Below are positions 8,486 through 14,511 of a DNA stretch of 26,270 nucleotides, piece by piece. This DNA is from Armatimonadota bacterium. Its GTDB lineage: Bacteria; Armatimonadota; UBA10988; DTZQ01. The stretch is from positions 1 to 26,270 of the forward strand of contig DTZQ01000493.1 in NCBI GenBank assembly GCA_012961305.1. The letters run 5' to 3'. The notes under the pieces were generated by a model. The model was not told the origin of the DNA. It saw only the letters and a program-made list of their open reading frames with translations, and ran no database searches. How positions within the stretch are numbered: the stretch's first letter is position 1; each line of letters begins with the position of its first letter. The position numbers and the translations under genes were made by a program.

Positions 8486-8510
8486 CAAAAAAAGATGATA
8501 GGAGTATAAT
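8482..8510 (+). promoter_or_regulatory. sigma70-type promoter, perfect consensus
   Basis: TTGACA 8482-8487, 17-nt spacer, TATAAT 8505-8510, upstream of the MerR-family gene. Confidence 0.85.
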
Positions 8511-8577
8511 AAATAAAAGTGCCCCCAATGCTAAGGGCCAAATTGCCCGGGAGGCCCGTTTGTGGCGAAGGTTCATC

Positions 8578-9255
8578 ATGCGACCGGCGAAGAAACAAGA
8601 AGGTGTTTATACCATTGGAGTGGCGACCAAGTTGCTGGGGGTTCATCACCGCACGCTACGCATTTACGAGGAGGAAGGGCTCATTCTCCCCCAGCGGGAC
8701 CCTAAGAACAATCGGCGGCTTTATTCCGACCAGGACTTGGTCTGGATTCGCTGCATTCGCCAACTCATTCACCAGGGCGGTCTCACCGTCAAGGCCATCC
8801 GCCGCTTATTGGATTTAGTGCCCTGCTGGGAGATTAAACACTGCCCGGAGGAACAGTGGCGTCGGTGCTTGCCCAACTTGAACATTCCCCATATGAAATT
8901 GCCTCCCCAGGTGGCTCCCCCGGAACTGCTCTTGGAGGGAAAAAAGGCCCGAGCCGAGAAAACGGTGGAAATCAAACTTTTCTATGGGGTGCGGGAATTT
9001 GGGGCAATTTTGCCCTGTTCCAAGTGCATTAAAGCCGAGCGCGTTCTTCGCAAAGTGGCCCAGAGGTTTGGGGACCGAATTACCATCGTGAAGTACGAGG
9101 CTTCCTCGCCGGAAGCAGACCGCTATGAGGTGCTTCTCACCCCTACCATTTTCCTGGACGAGGAGCCGTTGGTGATAGGCGGGGTTCCTTCGGAGCCGGC
9201 GTTAGAGAGGGCGATTGAAAAGTCCTTGGCAAGTAGAAGGGAAAGTGGGGAATAA
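8578..9255 (+). CDS. MerR-family regulator with Cys-rich CW motif and C-terminal thioredoxin domain
   Basis: YTIGVATKLLGVHHRTLRIYEEEGL...RRLYS HTH, then PCWEIKHC...C, then PCSKC and TPT in a Trx domain. The start is set at ATG 8578 because the promoter lies inside the longer ORF-track call. Confidence 0.85.
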   Translation: MRPAKKQEGVYTIGVATKLLGVHHRTLRIYEEEGLILPQRDPKNNRRLYSDQDLVWIRCIRQLIHQGGLTVKAIRRLLDLVPCWEIKHCPEEQWRRCLPNLNIPHMKLPPQVAPPELLLEGKKARAEKTVEIKLFYGVREFGAILPCSKCIKAERVLRKVAQRFGDRITIVKYEASSPEADRYEVLLTPTIFLDEEPLVIGGVPSEPALERAIEKSLASRRESGE

Positions 9256-9275
9256 AAAATGATTTTGGGATATTA

Positions 9276-9310
9276 TTTACAATAATTTTTGTAAGTTGAT
9301 TTCACAATAA
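9276..9310. promoter_or_regulatory. Candidate operator: three ACAA/TTGT half-sites in an AT-rich intergenic region
   Basis: Dyad TTACAA-N6-TTGTAA at 9277-9294, and direct repeat TT(T/C)ACAATAA at 9276 and 9301, upstream of SD AAGGAG and ATG 9328. Confidence 0.5.
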
Positions 9311-9327
9311 AAAAGGAGTATATCAAC

Positions 9328-9753
9328 ATGGCTCAATCAGAGTTCAAGGTAGCCCTGGTCGCCTGCGACGGCATTGGGCGGTTGGTTTCCACCGTGGTGC
9401 GGCAGGCGGCCTACAAGGTCATGCAGCAGCGACCGGAAGAAGTGATTTTAGTGGACACCGGGATGCTCCTGGCCGACCAACCGGAGGCTTTGGAGGTCAT
9501 CAACAAATACCCAGTGGTGGTCATTGACGGCTGTCGCCCGCGCTGTGGGACCGTGATGACCGAAGGCCATGGCGTCAAACCGGCGGTTACGGTGTACACC
9601 CGGGATGTGGTGGCCCAGGAGAAAATCTCCTTGGTGGGCGAGCAACGGCGAGGTCTGGGCGAAAAGGGTATGCGCCTGGCCGAAGCCGTCGCCCAGCGAG
9701 TAATTGAAGCCGTTGACCTGCTCATCGCCGAAGAGATGGTGAGCACGCTTTAG
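9328..9753 (+). CDS. DGC-domain putative zinc-binding protein
   Basis: ACDG...VVIDGCRPRC pattern of the DGC family; SD AAGGAG. Confidence 0.75.
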   Translation: MAQSEFKVALVACDGIGRLVSTVVRQAAYKVMQQRPEEVILVDTGMLLADQPEALEVINKYPVVVIDGCRPRCGTVMTEGHGVKPAVTVYTRDVVAQEKISLVGEQRRGLGEKGMRLAEAVAQRVIEAVDLLIAEEMVSTL

Positions 9754-9757
9754 GGAG

Positions 9758-9977
9758 TTGAGATTTCAAACCTGGTAACCATTCAGCCGGCTGTTTCTAA
9801 AGGGACAAGGGGACCCTTTGGAGTCAGGGGCTTCAGCCCCGTTAGGACGGCGCTTGTCCAAAAGGACTGAGGACTGAGTCGTGAGTACTGAGTTCCTCCG
9901 CCCTCGGTCCTCAGCACTGGTGAAGGAGGGGGTGAGGGGGTGAAGGCTGAGCGGTTACCAAACTGAAATTTGAGATT
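9758..9977. repeat. Nested intergenic repeat composite, MITE-like
   Basis: Imperfect ~26-bp inverted arms at 9763-9788 and 9945-9969, and flanking direct repeat TTGAGATT at 9758-9765 and 9970-9977. Inside are a REP copy, a GGACAAG/CTTGTCC stem, heptamer repeats and GGTGA(A)GG repeats. Confidence 0.55.
9818..9842 (+). repeat. REP-like element, third copy
   Basis: TTGGAGTCAGGGGCTTCAGCCCCGT with hairpin GGGGCT-TC-AGCCCC; matches the copies at 1125-1188. Confidence 0.7.
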
Positions 9978-9994
9978 GCTTGGAGGTAACCATC

Positions 9995-10456
9995 ATGCCA
10001 GAGAAAGTAACTTTACAGCCTTGTTTGGGCCTGACGCCGGTGGAAACGACCGTCGGACGACAGGCTTGTTACTTGGTGGCCGAGGAACTGCGGGCGGGGA
10101 AGGCCAATTTGGGCTGCGGGCCGGCCCTGAACGCCCGGGTGCAGGAAGACCTCGATTTCATCGAGTATTACCCCATTATCGCGGTAGAGGGTTGTGACCG
10201 CTGCTGTGCCAGTCGGCTGGTGCGCAAGTTCGGACAGGAACCAGAGGTAGCGGTCATCGTGCCGGAGGTGTTGCGCGAGGCCGGGATTTCCTTGGCGGCG
10301 GAAAAGGGGTTAGTCGCAGAGGTGGACCCCTACCAAGTACGCTGTGGAGCAGGAAAACCTGACCCTACCCCGCATTTGGAGTTAGACCATCCCGCCGTGC
10401 AGGCCGTGGCCCAACGGTGCGTGGCCGAGTTGGACCGCCTGCTGTCCGCCCCATAG
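9995..10456 (+). CDS. DGC-like putative zinc-binding protein, 8 Cys
   Basis: PCLG...GCGP...IIAVEGCDRCC; paralogous to 9328-9753 (TTVGRQAC vs STVVRQAA, YPIIAVEGC vs YPVVVIDGC). ATG 9995 follows GGAGG. Confidence 0.7.
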   Translation: MPEKVTLQPCLGLTPVETTVGRQACYLVAEELRAGKANLGCGPALNARVQEDLDFIEYYPIIAVEGCDRCCASRLVRKFGQEPEVAVIVPEVLREAGISLAAEKGLVAEVDPYQVRCGAGKPDPTPHLELDHPAVQAVAQRCVAELDRLLSAP

Positions 10457-10511
10457 CCAGCAGTCACGAATGCGAGGCGCGAGTAACCAGAGACTCGCCG
10501 CTCACAATTGG

Positions 10512-10556
10512 AAATCTGCTGCCCCCAGGGACCTTCGGGGAGGCGGGATTTTTTCT
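10512..10556 (+). terminator. Possible intrinsic terminator or attenuator
   Basis: Imperfect GC-rich stem (CTGCCCCC / GGGGAGGCGG) followed by ATTTTTTCTATTT, lying between the second DGC gene and the aquaporin gene. Confidence 0.4.
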
Positions 10557-10603
10557 ATTTCCCCCGGAAGAGGACAGAATTTGGAGGACGGGAGGAAACC
10601 CTG

Positions 10604-11476
10604 ATGAATGAGCGAAGGAAACTCTACGGCGAATGTCTGGCCGAGTTCATTGGCACCTTTATCCTGGTGTTCTTCGGCGTCGGCTCAGTTCACACGGCGG
10701 TCTCCACGCAGGCGCAAGCCGGACTGTGGCAGGTAGCGGTAGTGTGGGGAGTGGCTATCGCCTTGGCCATCTACGCGACAGGGGCGGTAAGCGGCTGTCA
10801 CATCAACCCGGCCATTACCCTGGCTTTCGCGGCCTGGCAGGGGTTCCCCTGGCGGAAAGTGCTGCCCTACATTGCTGCTCAGGTCGCCGGAGCCTTTGCC
10901 GCTGCTGCTGTACTCTATGGACTATTCCACGGTGCCATTGCCCATTTTGAGGCCCAGCACAGCATCGTGCGCGGCCAGCCGGGCAGCCAACTGTCGGCCA
11001 TGATGTACGGCGAATATTTCCCCAATCCGGCCATCTTAGGCACCGATGCCGCCGCTTGGGCCCAAGTTTCCCACTTGCAAGCCTTTTGCGCGGAACTCGT
11101 CGGCACGGCTTTTTTGGCCTTTTTCGTCTTTGCCCTGGTGGACCCCCAAAACTGGGGAGCGCCACGGGGAAATATGTTCGCTTTGTTCATCGGCTTGACG
11201 GTGTCCATCGTCATCTCCATCATTGCTCCCCTCACCCAAGCGGCCCTGAACCCTGCCCGGGACTTCGGTCCGCGACTATGGGCCCTGCTGGCCGGTTGGG
11301 GACCTATTGCCATTCCCGGCCCCCGTGGCGGGTTCTTTACCGTGTACATTCTGGCCCCCCTCTGGGGAGGCCTGTTGGGTGGATTAGTCTATGAACGGTT
11401 AATTGTACCGTTCCGAAAGGTTTCCAAGACCGGAGAACAGGAGGTTGCTTTAGATGAGGGAAAGGGTCGAGGTTAA
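10604..11476 (+). CDS. glpF: MIP-family aquaglyceroporin (GlpF-type)
   Basis: Two NPA boxes, SGCHINPA and ALNPARDFGPR (NPARD is the glyceroporin signature); AEFIGT and AELVGT. ATG 10604 follows GGAGG. Confidence 0.85.
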   Translation: MNERRKLYGECLAEFIGTFILVFFGVGSVHTAVSTQAQAGLWQVAVVWGVAIALAIYATGAVSGCHINPAITLAFAAWQGFPWRKVLPYIAAQVAGAFAAAAVLYGLFHGAIAHFEAQHSIVRGQPGSQLSAMMYGEYFPNPAILGTDAAAWAQVSHLQAFCAELVGTAFLAFFVFALVDPQNWGAPRGNMFALFIGLTVSIVISIIAPLTQAALNPARDFGPRLWALLAGWGPIAIPGPRGGFFTVYILAPLWGGLLGGLVYERLIVPFRKVSKTGEQEVALDEGKGRG

Positions 11477-11696
11477 AGTCCCCGAATTCGAAACGGAGTG
11501 CCAGGCCTACCTGAGTTTCTGGTACAAACAGGAGGGAGAAGAGGTCACGGCGGGGGAAGATTTGGTTGAGTTCGAGACCGACAAGGCAGCCGTCACTGTG
11601 GAGGCTCCAGCCACGGGCAAACTGGCGCAAATTTTCGTGGGCGAGGATGAAGAAATCACCAGCGGGCAGGTGGTGGGCATTATTGAAGCCATCTAA
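11454..11696 (+). CDS. Stand-alone lipoyl-domain protein
   Basis: W...GEEVTAGEDLVEFETDKAAVTVEAPATGKL: the lipoylation motif ETDKA is intact. 80 aa with no catalytic domain; overlaps the aquaporin end by 23 nt. Confidence 0.85.
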   Translation: MRERVEVKVPEFETECQAYLSFWYKQEGEEVTAGEDLVEFETDKAAVTVEAPATGKLAQIFVGEDEEITSGQVVGIIEAI

Positions 11697-11700
11697 TAGG

Positions 11701-11728
11701 AGGGTAAGGGGGCAAATTGCATTACCCT
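11701..11728. terminator. Hairpin between convergent genes
   Basis: AGGGTAA / TTACCCT perfect arms with an inner GCAA-A-TTGC. There is no clear U-tract. Confidence 0.3.
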
Positions 11729-11778
11729 TCTGCCCGCACATAGGAACATTATCAAAGTGAAACCGCCTAACCTCCCCT

Positions 11779-12768
11779 CTAATCGAAGTGGCAAATAGCG
11801 CAGAAATCGCGCTGGTGGCAGCGAAAACAGGAAGCATCGGGGGCAAAGGAAGCCACGGTGCGATGGCCCTCTGTCACCCATTCGGGGGGATGAGGCAGGG
11901 GAAGGCCATGGCAGTCGCGGCAGTAATTCGCCTCGTGGCAAGGAGCACAACTGAGGAAAGTCTCAGCACTACCCTGGCCATGAGTTTTCCGCCATTGGGC
12001 ATCATGGGAGGCTGGGGGAGTGCGAGCGTGACAAGCCTGGCAGAAGGAAGTTCCGTGACATTTTTCGCACCGGTCTGGCTGTTGCTGGGCGGCGGATTGG
12101 TGCTGGCGAGTTCGCCAATTCGGTGGATGAGGCAGGGGAAGGCCATGACAGTCCCGGCAGTAATTAGGAGGGTGACATTGGCGGCAGGTCGCCCGTTCCT
12201 GAGCGGCCCGTGGGCGGTGGGTCCTCCCCCAACCCGCCGGATGGGGGGAAAGGGTTTGGTGGCAGCGGTCGCAGAAATCCCTTTCGTGGCAGGCATCGCA
12301 GGCTGGCTCTGGCTGGCGAAAGGAAGCATGTTGACGGAGGAAATTCGGGGAATGCCAGGCAGGTTTAACTTCCGCTAAACGCAAGTGGCACAGGGGACAG
12401 CGGTTGGGAACCCGTTGTCCATCGTGACAGCCGGCCCGAGTGCACTCCTCCATGTTGGGGGTGATGTGCCCGCGATGGCCCAAGTTCGGATGGCACGCCG
12501 GACAGTGAAGGCCAGGGCCCCGATGACGAGGGTGGGAAAAGTTGACCCGCCTTGAGTCCTTCTCCTGCAGGAGAGTATGGCACTCCAAGCAAACTAACCC
12601 CCTAAGGCGAGGCTGAGTCCCCATCAGCAGAAGCCGAGCGTGAGGTTTCATCTCCACCCTTCGGTTCCCCCCTTGAAGGGGCCCCTTCGGTTTCTCCTTC
12701 GCTGCACAACTCCACCACAGCAGGGGGAGACTCAATATCAGCAGTAAAATCCCTCTCCTTCGTCTCAT
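11779..12768 (-). CDS. Multiheme cytochrome c lipoprotein (13 CxxCH + 1 CX4CH)
   Basis: Signal MRRRRGILLLILSLPLLWWS-C and SD AAGGAG upstream; heme motifs counted in the translation; five W-x3/4-H...CxxCH-x4-CxxCH modules. Confidence 0.88.
   Translation of the reverse strand: MRRRRGILLLILSLPLLWWSCAAKEKPKGPLQGGNRRVEMKPHARLLLMGTQPRLRGLVCLECHTLLQEKDSRRVNFSHPRHRGPGLHCPACHPNLGHRGHITPNMEECTRAGCHDGQRVPNRCPLCHLRLAEVKPAWHSPNFLRQHASFRQPEPACDACHERDFCDRCHQTLSPHPAGWGRTHRPRAAQERATCRQCHPPNYCRDCHGLPLPHPPNWRTRQHQSAAQQQPDRCEKCHGTSFCQACHARTPPASHDAQWRKTHGQGSAETFLSCAPCHEANYCRDCHGLPLPHPPEWVTEGHRTVASFAPDASCFRCHQRDFCAICHFD
11888..12165. repeat. Intragenic 41-bp direct repeat (39/41 identical)
   Basis: 11888-11928 and 12125-12165 both encode NYCRDCHGLPLPHP; the offset is 237 nt (79 codons). 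Confidence 0.85.
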
Positions 12769-14413
12769 CCTTAGGTTCTCCTTTGGCCGGGGAGGCCGCG
12801 GGGAGTTCCTCCTCTGGAGTTGCCCAAAGGCGTTCGTATTCCAATGGGTGCCGCTCCCGCAACTCCTCCTCAGAAATCTTCCCCGTGAGCCACACGAGAT
12901 TCAGGGGGAAATTGCGGGGGTTGAAGTGCACATTGTAGAAATGCCAGATGAAAACGGCTAACACGGCCAACAGGGCCTCGTCGCTGTGGGCCACTTGGGC
13001 GGCCTCCAAAAGGATAGGCGACAGCCAGCGGGTCCACACCACTGGAAACCAGAGCAACACCCCTGAACCGGCCATGATGAAAATGCCCCAGAAAACTGCC
13101 CAGTAGTCGAACTTCTCGTAGTAGGTAAAACGGTCGAAGCGGGGAGGGGTCCGCTTTAGACCCAGGAAAAACAGCAGGTTGTGGCCTACATCCTGCACAT
13201 CTTTCCACCGCGGCTGCATCGCCGTTTGCCAATGTTTTTTCACCAAACCCTTCCAGGCCAAATAGGCCAGGTGGTAACCGCAGGCAACCATCATCATTAC
13301 TGCTGCAAAGCGATGAACTATTCCCGTTTGGTCAATCCCGCCCCACAGCCGCGCCAAGGGGGAAGCCCAGAAGGCTCGGGGAAACTTTAAGGGGAACCCG
13401 GTCAGCACGGTGAGGAAGAACGACAGGAGCATCAAAAGGTGTTGCAGGCGTTGGTGCAAGTCGAAACGAAGGAACGTCCTTCCTTTCGGGATAGCGAGCC
13501 GCCAGCGGAAGCGCAACGTCCCTTGTCGCCAGTGACGGCTCAGGTCTAAGAGGATGTGACCTATCAGCAGAGACATCGTTCCCCAAGTCAACCAGAGGAA
13601 AAATCGGTCCGTATAGTGCACTAACGGCTTGGTAGTCCGCGAAGGAGGGATATGGTCGAAACTCCGGGCAAAATTTTCCGTCGCCCCGGGGTGACATTGG
13701 CCACAGGTGCGCATTCGGTTCAGCGGGTAAGCCGTTGAGCGCGGGTCTTCAGGAGCCTGGATGTTGTGTACCCCATGGCAACTAACACAAGTGGCAGTGC
13801 GGGGGGAACCCAGGGCTTGCTTTTTCCCGTGAAAACTGCGGACATAAGTTTCATAAGTATAGGGATTTAACCCATACTGCTCCATGAGTTGAGCCTCAGC
13901 ATGGCACCGGGCACAGGTAGTCGGCACCCGGGCCCGATTCACTGAAGAGCCGGGGTCTTCCACCTTCCGAATAGCATGAGAACCGTGGCAATGTACGCAG
14001 TCGGCTGCTTCCCGCTGGCCCTGGGCCTGAGCCGTTCCGTGGACGCTTTCCCTGTACTGGCCTGCTTCTGCTGCGTGGCAGCGGGCACAGGACGCTATGG
14101 CTATGGAACGGACATCGTTTTTGGCGGTTCCCTCCGCTGAAGAACTCGACAATTCCGAGGGGGGCATTCGCGCATGGAAACCTCTATCCGGGTGACACTC
14201 TTCACAGGCTAAACGGCGGTGAACTGAAGTCACATACTCCGCCGGGTTTACGTAAAGTGAACGCACTGTACCATCAGCACGTATCTCCACAAAGTCCAAT
14301 CGTCCATGACAGACCAGACACCCCCCCTTCTCCCTCTCCGCCGGGGTTCCCGCCTCAATGGCAGTTAAAAGGAACGCCGTTCCCAATCCCACCAGCCATC
14401 TGAACCTTCCCAT
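12602..14413 (-). CDS. Multiheme cytochrome c (7 CxxCH) fused to cytochrome b (FdnI/HyaC-like) domain, CbcL-like
   Basis: N-terminal signal, 7 CxxCH, then RFDLHQRLQH, IVHRFAA, RFTYYEKFDYWAVFWG, AHSDEA and IWHFYNVH with about 5 TM helices. Confidence 0.85.
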   Translation of the reverse strand: MGRFRWLVGLGTAFLLTAIEAGTPAEREKGGCLVCHGRLDFVEIRADGTVRSLYVNPAEYVTSVHRRLACEECHPDRGFHARMPPSELSSSSAEGTAKNDVRSIAIASCARCHAAEAGQYRESVHGTAQAQGQREAADCVHCHGSHAIRKVEDPGSSVNRARVPTTCARCHAEAQLMEQYGLNPYTYETYVRSFHGKKQALGSPRTATCVSCHGVHNIQAPEDPRSTAYPLNRMRTCGQCHPGATENFARSFDHIPPSRTTKPLVHYTDRFFLWLTWGTMSLLIGHILLDLSRHWRQGTLRFRWRLAIPKGRTFLRFDLHQRLQHLLMLLSFFLTVLTGFPLKFPRAFWASPLARLWGGIDQTGIVHRFAAVMMMVACGYHLAYLAWKGLVKKHWQTAMQPRWKDVQDVGHNLLFFLGLKRTPPRFDRFTYYEKFDYWAVFWGIFIMAGSGVLLWFPVVWTRWLSPILLEAAQVAHSDEALLAVLAVFIWHFYNVHFNPRNFPLNLVWLTGKISEEELRERHPLEYERLWATPEEELPAASPAKGEPKDETKERDFTADIESPPAVVELCSEGETEGAPSRGEPKGGDETSRSASADGDSASP

Positions 14414-14511
14414 ACTAAGTTCCCCGCAGGAGTAAATCTACTATGCTACCGCTTTACTTCGCCATCCAGAGGAAGTTTCCTGCTGAACTGCGGGAGGAAT
14501 GTTTTTCGCCC

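Noticed and set aside
8578-9255. Calling the regulator hspR
   Set aside because: The HTH is HspR-like, but there is no dnaK/dnaJ context or HAIR site, and it carries extra Cys and Trx domains.
9289-9307. Rex box (TTGTGAA-N4-TTCACAA)
   Set aside because: The right half matches, but the site is TTGTAAG-N5-TTCACAA, with the wrong spacing and two mismatches.
9863-9918. Short tandem repeats as a CRISPR remnant
   Set aside because: These are heptamer units with no spacers and no cas genes.
38-10603. Longest-ORF starts at 38, 1192, 2911, 5614, 6552, 8467, 9980 and 10508
   Set aside because: Downstream ATGs have proper SD spacing, ATGA coupling, or expose clean lipoprotein signals. The 8467 extension would contain the promoter.
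11779-14413. Cytochrome pair as an arsenate/selenate respiratory reductase module
   Set aside because: No molybdopterin catalytic or Fe-S subunit is present in the window, and the genes converge on, rather than belong to, the metalloid cluster.
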